Virus record (IMG/VR): IMGVR_UViG_3300037470_000106
Span: 1-26,882 of that record
Length of the DNA: 26,882 nucleotides
From: a virus
Lineage: Duplodnaviria > Caudoviricetes
Direction: 5' to 3' (one strand)
Positions 8,657-17,487 of this stretch are shown one piece after another (within the stretch, counting starts at the first letter, position 1; the number at the start of each line of letters is the position of its first letter). Under the pieces are notes generated by a model. The model saw only the letters and a program-made list of their open reading frames with translations, did no database searches and was not told where the DNA came from. Made by a program: the position numbers and the translations under genes.

Positions 8657-9997
8657 TTAGCCCCGTGTCGGGGTAATTGGATTAAGCTCTGGATACAAGC
8701 CATTGATCATGGCAAACTCCGCTTGCAGGTTGTTCCACGCGTCCTGCTGCAACCTCTTGGCTGCGTTGGCATCCATGTCTGTTCCGGCATACGCCGTAAG
8801 ATAGTTGATGTAGTTGATCTGCGCTTGCGAAGCTAGGGTGGCGTGTTCGGTGCGGCGCTTGTTGGAGTTATCCTGAGCCATACGATCCAACTCGTACCCC
8901 TGCAAAATCTCGTTAACCCGCAACTGCTCCTCGTGGTCGAGGTTGCTCATGTCGAAGTCGTGCTCGTACCCGGCCTCGTTCAACAGTTTCTGCAAACCGT
9001 AATCCAGGTTCTTTAGCTCCACCCGGCCGTGCTGTTGCAACTGCTCCATGCCCACATCATGCGTCATTTGGCGGCTTTGCATGGTCAGGTTCAGACTATC
9101 CTGCATACTCTGCACTGCAATCTGGGTAGCCGACTGTAGGTTAGCAATGCTGGTACGTGTGGTCGCATCGAGATTAGCGATGTTGGTTTGAGTCAGGGCA
9201 TCTAGATTGCCCAGCAATATCCGAACTTCAGAATCCAGGTTAGCCATCTTGATGCGCGTGTTGGCATCTAGTACCGACGTTTCCAGCTGAGTAGCTCGCT
9301 GCAAGTTGGCTAGTGCAAACTCGTTCAGGGCGTTCATGTTGGCTGTAGCCACATCCCGATACGCCTGTGCGTCAGCGGTAGCAATCGGCAGAGCAGCATC
9401 CGTAGCCGCCCGCCCTGCTGCGCCGGCTGCAAAGCTAGAGCCCAGCTGTCCGCGCTGGTTAGCCAGTTCGATAGCCCGCTGCTTAGCGCGCTGTATGTAC
9501 GGGCCATTCTCGTCCAGCAACAGCCCCAGCTGGTGCCCAACGAGCTCCTCTTCCTCGACTTCCCGAGTGGTTACGTCGGTGTTCCCGATGGGAATTCCCG
9601 AGCTCATCGCATCCTGGAAAGTAACTTCCTCAATCTGCCCGGCCTGCTGGGCCTGTGCAGCATCAATGGAGCCCGCCGTTGCCTGTCCTACATTAGGAGT
9701 AGTTAGTGAGGGCTGAGTGCTAGACCTAGTTATCATCAGGTCGGCCAACTGATCTGCCTTGGTGGGATCGTACCCGTCATTGATCAGCTTGTCCCGCAAC
9801 GCGGTCTTATCTGTAACTCCTTTGTCCGCTAGGTTTTGCTTCTCATCTGCCGTAGCCGGCGTACGGGCTTTGCCGTTCACGTACCACTGTCCGTCCCGGT
9901 ATACCCAATCTTCCTTGCGCGTGCCTGGCTTGGAACTGCCGTCTTTGAACGGAGTAGTAAATACGTTATCCCGGTAGTTATTTGCATTCGTAGCCAT
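8657..9997 (-). CDS. Putative ejection/DNA pilot-like protein with 11-residue repeats, 446 aa
   Basis: Follows the nozzle gene; ANQRGQLGSSFAAGAAGRAA segment; twelve consecutive hendecads at 8858-9253. Confidence 0.7.
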   Translation of the reverse strand: MATNANNYRDNVFTTPFKDGSSKPGTRKEDWVYRDGQWYVNGKARTPATADEKQNLADKGVTDKTALRDKLINDGYDPTKADQLADLMITRSSTQPSLTTPNVGQATAGSIDAAQAQQAGQIEEVTFQDAMSSGIPIGNTDVTTREVEEEELVGHQLGLLLDENGPYIQRAKQRAIELANQRGQLGSSFAAGAAGRAATDAALPIATADAQAYRDVATANMNALNEFALANLQRATQLETSVLDANTRIKMANLDSEVRILLGNLDALTQTNIANLDATTRTSIANLQSATQIAVQSMQDSLNLTMQSRQMTHDVGMEQLQQHGRVELKNLDYGLQKLLNEAGYEHDFDMSNLDHEEQLRVNEILQGYELDRMAQDNSNKRRTEHATLASQAQINYINYLTAYAGTDMDANAAKRLQQDAWNNLQAEFAMINGLYPELNPITPTRG

Positions 9998-9998
9998 G

Positions 9999-12900
9999 TT
10001 AGTATTCCTTCGGAGCGCGATTGCGGTTTACTGCCGCGTTAGATGCGCGGATAATAAGTGATTGTAGTACGTGCGGATCGGTTCCATTCAGCAATGATAC
10101 CAGCCGGAACGTAGCGCCATCGGTTAGTGTCGGCAGGTATGGCCTGATCAGCTCCGCTCGTAGACCACGATAGGGCACATCATCGGCATCGCCAGCTACT
10201 ACTTCCGTACCATACTCGGACACGTTAGACACGTGATCGAAGTGGTAGTTGGTATCAGACCTAGCGTACAGAGTTGTGACGGACGGATACCGTCCGCCAA
10301 ACTCGGCGTACATAGTCTTGGATAGTCCTCCCGGACGTCCTAGTGCTAGGGGATTCGTGATAATCCAGCAGGGGGTATTTACTCCCTCAACAACTCCGGC
10401 CGAATTCACGACGTATGTCTGATTGGTAGCATCCAGCACGTGAACCTCCCCTCTAGAATTGCCCATTACTATGCGCTCTCGGCCAGTGCTTAGTATGGAC
10501 GAGTCTATCCAGGTAGGGACAAAGCGAACGGGCGCGGTCGGATCGTTTACGTTAGTAGCTAGGTACCTGCTCTGATAGTGCATGAACATGGGCTCAATTG
10601 CCCCCTCCTTGTTGAAGAACAAGGTAAGTATGTGCCCATCCGGGTAAAATAGGCGGTACTGGTTGTGGCCTCTGGCCGCAATACCTGCAACGGGTCCCTG
10701 GTACGCAACATCCACGTCCCCCTCTAGCTGCACCCTGTCGCGTGTCCAAGATTGCACGGCGGAAGTGAGCTGGCTTATGGCGAAATCGCCGTACTTGTCC
10801 GTAGCTGACAGAGTTGTTACCCCGTAGTTATCAGCGAATACCGGCTCACCAATCATGGCGGCGGTGTACTCCTTGGCTCCGGAACTAGCGCTAACCACGC
10901 GCATAGTGCCAGTCTCTTCGCCAGAGCCCTCTAGAGTTCGTACTGAGGATTCCGACAGAACACAAAGCACCTTGCCGGGAAGAGACACCAGTCCTGTAAC
11001 CTTGTCTCCCACTCCCCATAAACTGGGTTCTGAGCCGGTAGTACCAAAGAAATCATTAGGAGCCCCGGCCGCAGACAGCGCAACGAATCCAGGACCAAAG
11101 CCAAGCGCTAGCTTATTGTCATGGAAAGCCACGTGACGCGGCTTATCCACCAGTCTAGCGAGCGGGGTCTTTATGAAAAAGAAACCCGACGAATTGAATG
11201 TAAACGCTGGCCCCGCCCCATTAGCGCCGTAAATAGCTTCCGAGGAATCATTCTCAAAGAAGTTTGCTTTGATGACTTGATACCTGGACTCGGCCTCTTG
11301 CATAGCAGACCACGCTGGCAATAGGTTATATTCTGCGGGGGCTGCCACGTAGCCAACTAGCTCCCCCGTCCCAACTGGACCAGTACGAATCTCGAATCCG
11401 CGAGTAACCGAACCAATACTACCCTCTATGTCATTAGCGGCATGGTTTGGGATATCGAAATACAGGGTGCCTACCGCGAGCCCGCTGGAAAATTGGCCGT
11501 CTGAGTGCTCGTATGCACTGACATCGCCATACGTCAGATCAACGTTACCGCTATAAAAGTAGACACGTTCCTTGTTGGGCACGTAAAACACTTCTACCGA
11601 CACGTAGTCGATTTCAACCTGACCAGTAGCCCCCGAAGCATTGGTATACGTGATGTCTACTCCGAAGTCGGCACTGTTGATTTGCTCCGGAGTAATCTCC
11701 TCGATCCCCCACAAGTCGTCCTCGCCCCCGAACGTATAGTTATCAGCGGAAACACCCAGCTCGGTTAGACTAGATAAATTGGCGGATTCTAGATCGTAGT
11801 TAGGATACCTAAGACTAACAAGAGCCGTGTGCGGAGTTCCAGTGCCCGTCTGTAGAGCTTGAATAGTGACCTTTATACCCACTATACGCGCGTCTGTGAT
11901 GGGCATGATGCTGGTAGAAAACCCCGCGAACAGCCGTTCGGTGGTTTGGGTATTGGCTAGGTTAGACGTGGCATACGAGCCATCGTCTGCTGTAATATTT
12001 CCGGGATTAACCCAGTCAATAAATCCGCCGATACCAGCAGTCTGAGCACCAGAGGTAGCCAGAAACTCCCCAGACGACCGCACTGAGGATACTACGTTGT
12101 TCTGAAACAACGGAGAATAGGGCACATTCGGGGCGTTGGTGCCTTCGGAGAATCTAATAGACCACCCGGTATTCACAGGCTCCCAGCCAGTAGCGGTTCC
12201 TTTCCAAACAACCGACGCTCGGGGATCGGTATGAGGATTATAGCCCGGAGATGTGTACGTTTCTACCGTGGCTAAGACCGTAGTCCCCGACTTAAGCAGA
12301 ATATCCTCTCCAATAGCGGGATCAGCTAGGTTTCGTATATCATCGGTATGGTAAGTCGGGCTGCTCGCGGCATTGCCGTCGCTAGGTCCCAGGACCAGAT
12401 ACCCCGCTGCTGAGCCGTCTTCCCAGAAGCCTTCCTCTTTTTTTACGTACAACACTCGTACATATTCTAGGCCGCCGCTACTTCCGTAGGGAACACGCAC
12501 AATATCGCCGGCGCGAATAGGCCGCCCAAGTACTTGGCCACCATCGTAAAACTGCACAGTGTACGCCCCTCTTACGACATACACATCGTCATCGTACTGC
12601 CAGCCCCCAACAATAGGACCAAGACCAGGAACCAAGCCTCGGTACGTGTTAAAGCGTGTACCAGTAGTAACTGCGGCACTGCCCAAAAAGGTAAGGGCCA
12701 TAGTAGAACGATCCGTCACCAACGCAGCTCCTGTACTGTACAGACCATCTATCCCGTACATGTCGGCTACATTACTAGCATTGACAGTAAGGTCTAGATA
12801 CAGCGTGGTGCCTAGAGTCGCATCTTCTATTGTATCTAGGGCTTTAGGAAAACGCCCGCGAACTTGTGCGATGTACAGCTCTCGAAATGGAGTCCACGCC

Positions 12901-13244
12901 CAATCAAGAATGATACCTTCGTTGGCATCTGGGTCTTGTTCATCTCCCCAGAAGACCCTACCACCTAGCGTCCAGTCAGAACCCGTTAGTGTGGACTGAG
13001 CTTCCGTGACACGCACCACGAGCAGATTCGATGGTTCTTTATCCAGCACACCGTCGTAGGGCCACAGACCCTTGATGCGCTCGTACCCACGCGCCGTCGC
13101 ATGGTAGTTCATACTACCGAACAGAGTGCCCGGAATAGCATTGAACTTGCTGGAATCCTGATCCACGCCTCCGACCAAATTGATCGGCTCCGACAATTGC
13201 CGGTGTTCGATTTCTTTGGCTGGCTGAGTGGCTGGATTAGCCAT
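9999..13244 (-). CDS. Tail nozzle / DNA stabilisation protein with inserted domains, 1081 aa
   Basis: Follows the adaptor; N-terminal NLVGGVDQDSSKFNAIPG...NY...GYERIKG; propeller-like HVAFHDNKLALG...ALSA...GDKVTGLVSL. Confidence 0.75.
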   Translation of the reverse strand: MANPATQPAKEIEHRQLSEPINLVGGVDQDSSKFNAIPGTLFGSMNYHATARGYERIKGLWPYDGVLDKEPSNLLVVRVTEAQSTLTGSDWTLGGRVFWGDEQDPDANEGIILDWAWTPFRELYIAQVRGRFPKALDTIEDATLGTTLYLDLTVNASNVADMYGIDGLYSTGAALVTDRSTMALTFLGSAAVTTGTRFNTYRGLVPGLGPIVGGWQYDDDVYVVRGAYTVQFYDGGQVLGRPIRAGDIVRVPYGSSGGLEYVRVLYVKKEEGFWEDGSAAGYLVLGPSDGNAASSPTYHTDDIRNLADPAIGEDILLKSGTTVLATVETYTSPGYNPHTDPRASVVWKGTATGWEPVNTGWSIRFSEGTNAPNVPYSPLFQNNVVSSVRSSGEFLATSGAQTAGIGGFIDWVNPGNITADDGSYATSNLANTQTTERLFAGFSTSIMPITDARIVGIKVTIQALQTGTGTPHTALVSLRYPNYDLESANLSSLTELGVSADNYTFGGEDDLWGIEEITPEQINSADFGVDITYTNASGATGQVEIDYVSVEVFYVPNKERVYFYSGNVDLTYGDVSAYEHSDGQFSSGLAVGTLYFDIPNHAANDIEGSIGSVTRGFEIRTGPVGTGELVGYVAAPAEYNLLPAWSAMQEAESRYQVIKANFFENDSSEAIYGANGAGPAFTFNSSGFFFIKTPLARLVDKPRHVAFHDNKLALGFGPGFVALSAAGAPNDFFGTTGSEPSLWGVGDKVTGLVSLPGKVLCVLSESSVRTLEGSGEETGTMRVVSASSGAKEYTAAMIGEPVFADNYGVTTLSATDKYGDFAISQLTSAVQSWTRDRVQLEGDVDVAYQGPVAGIAARGHNQYRLFYPDGHILTLFFNKEGAIEPMFMHYQSRYLATNVNDPTAPVRFVPTWIDSSILSTGRERIVMGNSRGEVHVLDATNQTYVVNSAGVVEGVNTPCWIITNPLALGRPGGLSKTMYAEFGGRYPSVTTLYARSDTNYHFDHVSNVSEYGTEVVAGDADDVPYRGLRAELIRPYLPTLTDGATFRLVSLLNGTDPHVLQSLIIRASNAAVNRNRAPKEY

Positions 13245-13956
13245 ACGTGTAAGCTCCGTGTGCGTAGGTCGAGTACAGGGCAGTGGTGTCTACAGGAACA
13301 TCGTCCATGTAGCGATCTTCAAAGTATTTCTTGTACGGCTTGAATTTGGCTTGAGCTTCTTGCAGCTTCGAGCCGTCCTCAAAGTGCATGGCGTAGCTAA
13401 TCACAGCCTGCCACACGATAGCATCGTGGTACTGGTCGGGTAGATTGGTAGGTTCAAGCGCGTTGCTAGTCCCAGCACCTGCCGTATCTTCGTAATCGAA
13501 TTCCTGGGGCAACAGAATGCCCTCGTAGCGAATGGTGTACGCATCGTTGGGCATCGGCCACACGATCAACTTGCCCAACGGGCCGAACGTAAAGTATTGC
13601 GGCTTGCCCTCTTGCCGCTCGTACTTGTCTATGTACATGCGCCAGTATTGGTACGATTGGTACGTAACAGGAGACTCCTCTTCTCCTGCAAGGTGGCACG
13701 TCAGAGAGCGCATGTTCACGCTCTCCAACGTAGCCGGTAACGTATACTCATCGGTACTTGCAACCAGTGACAGAGTTAGGTCCCGGTCACGACGGAAGTG
13801 CAGCCCCAGCCGTTCCAACTGGATTTCCTTCCACGCTTCCTGCACCCACTCTACAAACATGAACAGAAGCCCAGTCTGATCAATCACAGTAGACGGTTCG
13901 TCGAGCGTTGATCCCGACTTGCGTACTGCTTTCTGTACTAGTTCCAAATACGTCAT
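13237..13956 (-). CDS. Head-to-tail adaptor, 239 aa
   Basis: MTYLELVQ start; TDEYTLP, GKPQYF, LIVWPMPNDAYTIRY and LPDQYHDAIVWQA motifs typical of podovirus adaptors. Confidence 0.82.
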   Translation of the reverse strand: MTYLELVQKAVRKSGSTLDEPSTVIDQTGLLFMFVEWVQEAWKEIQLERLGLHFRRDRDLTLSLVASTDEYTLPATLESVNMRSLTCHLAGEEESPVTYQSYQYWRMYIDKYERQEGKPQYFTFGPLGKLIVWPMPNDAYTIRYEGILLPQEFDYEDTAGAGTSNALEPTNLPDQYHDAIVWQAVISYAMHFEDGSKLQEAQAKFKPYKKYFEDRYMDDVPVDTTALYSTYAHGAYTYG

Positions 13957-13962
13957 GAGGTT

Positions 13963-14592
13963 TTACTCGTCGTTTTGTGAGTGATACAACTCTTCTTCGC
14001 GCTGTGCCTGAAGTCGCGCAGCGTAGTTTTCATCCCAGAACTCACGAGGCGGCCGACCCTTGAACCCGCGCTCTCGCGAGGCTTTGGCCTGCGACTCCGG
14101 GGTGTGGGGCTGGCTGGCAAACACCGTGAACGGATACGAGTGGACCTGCCGCTCCTCCAGTTCGTCGGTATCCGGGTTCTTCTCGTACTCGATACGAACC
14201 GCGTCGTTCAGCACCGCGACCAGCTCATTAGGGCAGCCAAACTTAGAGCCGATCGGAAGGGACGCCATCGTGCCGTTGAGGCCAACAATAGCCGTCCGCA
14301 GACCTTTCGTAAGTTCGGTGCGGTGTAGCTGAATCTCGGAGTACCCCGGCCGAAGGCCGTTGGTAGCGATAGACGCTCCGGTTTGAAACGAGGCATTCAG
14401 CTTAAACTTGCGGGCTGAGTCTCGGATAGCCTCGATAAGTTCAGGCTTGTTGTATTTAGCATTCACGCTAAGGTTGTACGTCATCCGCGCGTATTTCACT
14501 AACTCTGGTTTAGTCATGCCCTCCAGCATCTCTGTGAACTCGTCGGCGGGTTTGGCGTACGTCTTCTCTCCAATTACATCATGCGTACTCAT
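13963..14592 (-). CDS. Hypothetical protein with N-terminal HeH/Rho_N-like domain, 209 aa
   Basis: LEGMTKPELVKYARMTYNLSVNAKYNKPELIEAI resembles a helix-extension-helix motif; AGGAG SD; lies between head genes and adaptor. Confidence 0.65.
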   Translation of the reverse strand: MSTHDVIGEKTYAKPADEFTEMLEGMTKPELVKYARMTYNLSVNAKYNKPELIEAIRDSARKFKLNASFQTGASIATNGLRPGYSEIQLHRTELTKGLRTAIVGLNGTMASLPIGSKFGCPNELVAVLNDAVRIEYEKNPDTDELEERQVHSYPFTVFASQPHTPESQAKASRERGFKGRPPREFWDENYAARLQAQREEELYHSQNDE

Positions 14593-14615
14593 TTGTTACT
14601 CCTGTTATGAGTGTA

Positions 14616-14642
14616 GGGCTGGGGGCCGAAGCCCCCAAACCC
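14616..14642 (-). promoter_or_regulatory. C(UUCG)G hairpin after the capsid and decoration genes
   Basis: mRNA strand TGGGGGC-TTCG-GCCCCCA, extendable; no U-tract, so more likely an mRNA stabiliser or pause site than an intrinsic terminator. Confidence 0.6.
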
Positions 14643-14655
14643 GTTGTAGTAGTAC

Positions 14656-15120
14656 TTATTCGTCGATCACGTCGACATCAAAAGCCACCCAGATGGTTCC
14701 TGCTGATCCCTCGGCGGAATCAGCAGCATCAACGATGGTGATCGTGATGTAGTCGTTGGCGGTAAGAGCAACGCCAGCCGCAGCCTCAGTGGTCTGCGTA
14801 GCGCTGGACCCACCAGCCTGAGCGACAGTTGCGCCGTCAATGAACTCGTCGACATCGGGAGTACCACTGGCAAAATCATCGCCAGCAGCGCCGATATCGA
14901 ACTCAAAGTTCGCGCCAGCGTCCAAGTCATCGGCCCAAGTACTAAAATCACGAACAACACACGCCTTCAAAGGCTTGAAGATGGTGTGCGTTACCGTGTC
15001 GGTTTCGGCCTCAGCGGCCGTGAACTGAATCGGGACGATTACGCGAGCGGAGCCGGAGCCGCCGAACGCGAAAGGAACGCGGGCGTCGCCTGCGTATTGA
15101 AGGGAAGTGTTAAGTGCCAT
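14656..15120 (-). CDS. Putative capsid decoration/cement protein, 154 aa
   Basis: Directly after the major capsid gene, AGGAG SD; acidic, beta-rich, with DDLDAG...FDIG...DVDEFID pattern. Confidence 0.7.
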   Translation of the reverse strand: MALNTSLQYAGDARVPFAFGGSGSARVIVPIQFTAAEAETDTVTHTIFKPLKACVVRDFSTWADDLDAGANFEFDIGAAGDDFASGTPDVDEFIDGATVAQAGGSSATQTTEAAAGVALTANDYITITIVDAADSAEGSAGTIWVAFDVDVIDE

Positions 15121-15135
15121 TTCTATGATCTCCTA

Positions 15136-16143
15136 TTATGCCAGGTCAGTCACGCCGACTTCGACGCGTGACATCCAGGCTTCGTTAAGAATCAGAGCGG
15201 CATAGTAAAACTTCCACCCGACATATCCCCTCTGGCCCAACGGATCGGACTTCGAGATGGTGCCCGGATTGATAACAACCGGGTTCAGCGAGCCAGCACC
15301 CTTCAGGGGAACGGTACCATAGGCATTCTTGGCGATGTACACGATAGGGTACACATCAACCTTGGTGCCACTGGTTACCATGCCATTCAGGGTGGTAGAG
15401 CCCGAGTCGAGGAACGGAGCCAGCACCGGGGACAGGATATACCGCACGGTCTCAACCTTACCAAGTTCGTACGGGCTAATCGGACTAACATTGCCGTACT
15501 TCTCAGTCGGGGTGAAGCCATCCATATCGCGGATGTCCTGCTCCAGATCGGTGTGGCCAAATGCCACATACGAAGCAGCCACCGGCTCGGTACCGAACTT
15601 CGGAGAAGCTCCAACCATGCTGGTGATCTTCTTCGCACGCTGCGCGTTCAAGGAACGCACAACTGCGCGCTGCAGATTCAGGGTAAGTGTATCATTAACT
15701 CCGGTGCGAGCCGTCGGAGATGCCGTGCCAGAATAGAACACGTTGGTACCTGCACGCAGGACACCCCAGAGAATCACTTCCTTCGTTTCAGCTGCCTGTT
15801 CGCCCAACAGCATCGTGGCGTTGGCCAGAACAGGGTCCTCAGCAAAGTCGCCAACGCGATCACTGATCTCGAACAGATCGCCGTACTGACCCATCTGAAC
15901 AGACACGTCAACGTACGAGATACTCTTCGGAGCAGGCGTCACGCCTTCAACGAGCTTAGCGGTGGTTACGGTATACGGAACCGGGCGACGGAAGACAATC
16001 GTATCTGACTTGTTTTTGGGAAGAGGCTTGGTATCCCCGAACTTATCAAGAACCAGAATCGGTTCGGCATGTTCGAGCATACGGCCTTCTGCCCACACAG
16101 TAGTACGCTGACCAATGTCGCTATAAGTTGTTGCTACGGACAT
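15136..16143 (-). CDS. Major capsid protein, N4-gp56-like family, 335 aa
   Basis: LDKFGDTKPLPKNKSDTIVFRR, LVEGVTP, QYGD, YELGKVETVRY, SKSDPLGQRGYVGWK, ILNEAWMSRVE; AAGGAG SD; tandem TAA TAG stops. Confidence 0.93.
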   Translation of the reverse strand: MSVATTYSDIGQRTTVWAEGRMLEHAEPILVLDKFGDTKPLPKNKSDTIVFRRPVPYTVTTAKLVEGVTPAPKSISYVDVSVQMGQYGDLFEISDRVGDFAEDPVLANATMLLGEQAAETKEVILWGVLRAGTNVFYSGTASPTARTGVNDTLTLNLQRAVVRSLNAQRAKKITSMVGASPKFGTEPVAASYVAFGHTDLEQDIRDMDGFTPTEKYGNVSPISPYELGKVETVRYILSPVLAPFLDSGSTTLNGMVTSGTKVDVYPIVYIAKNAYGTVPLKGAGSLNPVVINPGTISKSDPLGQRGYVGWKFYYAALILNEAWMSRVEVGVTDLA

Positions 16144-16187
16144 TTAAATGTAACTCCTTGTGGATTGTAGCTGGTCATCTATGTGAA

Positions 16188-17219
16188 TCAGCCCCACCGA
16201 GCGTTAAACTCTTCCTCGTAATCGCCTCCGTGCGAATCACGTCCACCAGCTGCCGGCCTAGAGCCGGGGGCGGTAGATGTTTCTTGGCGCGTTTTACGTT
16301 TACGCTTGAGCTCTTCTGCTCGTGTGACTTCTTCAGAGACGGCTGGCGGGCTTTCCGTGCCCTGTTGGTCGAGGCCCATTTCTCTGACCGCTCGCTGATA
16401 GTCGTCCTCGTACCTACGAAGCACAGTAATAGCTTCGGTAGCATCCGGAGTTCTAGCGGCTTGCTGAACGGACTTAGGCTGCATTTGCAACCATGCCCGA
16501 AAGTCATCGCCATCGACCACTGCCTTCCAGTGCAGGCCGGTCTCTTGTGTGTTGAAGATTTTCGCGGCTCCCTCATCTACCGCTGAGAGGAAGTCTGCGG
16601 CCCGCTTCTTGGCACGCTCTTCTTCGAGGGGTTTCAGAGATTCACTGACCCGTCGTTCTACCTCTTTGCGCTCGTGAGTAACAACCTCTTCGAGAGCCTC
16701 GGCGAACTCTGGAAAATCTTCTTTGAGCCGCTCAAGTTTCTTGAGTTGCTCTGGGGCAGCAGACTCGGGTGCCTTCGGCGTCCGATCCGCTGGTGCTGCC
16801 TCGCGGGCTGCTTCCAGCCGGCGAAGTTCGTCAGTAAGCTCGTTGACACGGCGTTGGAACGCGGTGGCACGGCCGTGGTGGGAGTTAGCCTGATTGCGTA
16901 GTGCCTTGGCTTGCTCCTGTACCTCTTCCGGAAGTGAGTTGATCCAGGCGTATGGGTCGGCGGGGGTTGCGGCTACGGGCGGAGTGGCTGGTGACGCATC
17001 CTTCGGAGCTTCCTGCCCCTCGTCACTGCCTTCTTCTTCCTGTACTTCCTCTTCCTCAGCGTCATCATCGCTCGAACTAGGCTCGGAATGCTCGTCTACT
17101 GCTGGTTCGTCCTTTCCCCACAGGGCGTCGAACGCATCGTCGTATGAGAGCTCTTCCACAGAAGATGCCTCTTGTTCTTGATCTACTACTTCCTTCTCTA
17201 CTGCTTTGTTTACACTCAT
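16188..17219 (-). CDS. Capsid scaffolding protein, 343 aa
   Basis: Between portal and capsid genes; acidic disordered N-terminus; coiled coil; LKEDFPEFAE and WKAVVDGDDFRAWL motifs; GGAGG SD. Confidence 0.8.
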   Translation of the reverse strand: MSVNKAVEKEVVDQEQEASSVEELSYDDAFDALWGKDEPAVDEHSEPSSSDDDAEEEEVQEEEGSDEGQEAPKDASPATPPVAATPADPYAWINSLPEEVQEQAKALRNQANSHHGRATAFQRRVNELTDELRRLEAAREAAPADRTPKAPESAAPEQLKKLERLKEDFPEFAEALEEVVTHERKEVERRVSESLKPLEEERAKKRAADFLSAVDEGAAKIFNTQETGLHWKAVVDGDDFRAWLQMQPKSVQQAARTPDATEAITVLRRYEDDYQRAVREMGLDQQGTESPPAVSEEVTRAEELKRKRKTRQETSTAPGSRPAAGGRDSHGGDYEEEFNARWG

Positions 17220-17244
17220 GTTTCCTCCTAGAGTGGGGGGACGA

Positions 17245-17484
17245 TTAGTAGCGAGTGTCGTGCATCTCGTCGCTAACTTGCTCGTCGCCGTAGCTTGCTA
17301 GGATTCGTCCTTTGGCTAGTTCAAGGCCCTTGACAACTCCTAGGCTGTGCCGTATCTCATTATCCGTAGCATCGGCACCGGACCGTAGTACCAGCTTTTG
17401 CTGGGACTCCAGAACTTCGTCAAGATACTCCAGCAAATCTTGCAGATTCACGTTAGTACCGCTATACTGGTGATACTGACTCAT
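17245..17484 (-). CDS. Small helical hypothetical protein after portal, 79 aa
   Basis: Fills the portal-scaffold gap; ATG 3 nt after the portal stop. Confidence 0.7.
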   Translation of the reverse strand: MSQYHQYSGTNVNLQDLLEYLDEVLESQQKLVLRSGADATDNEIRHSLGVVKGLELAKGRILASYGDEQVSDEMHDTRY

Positions 17485-17487
17485 GGC

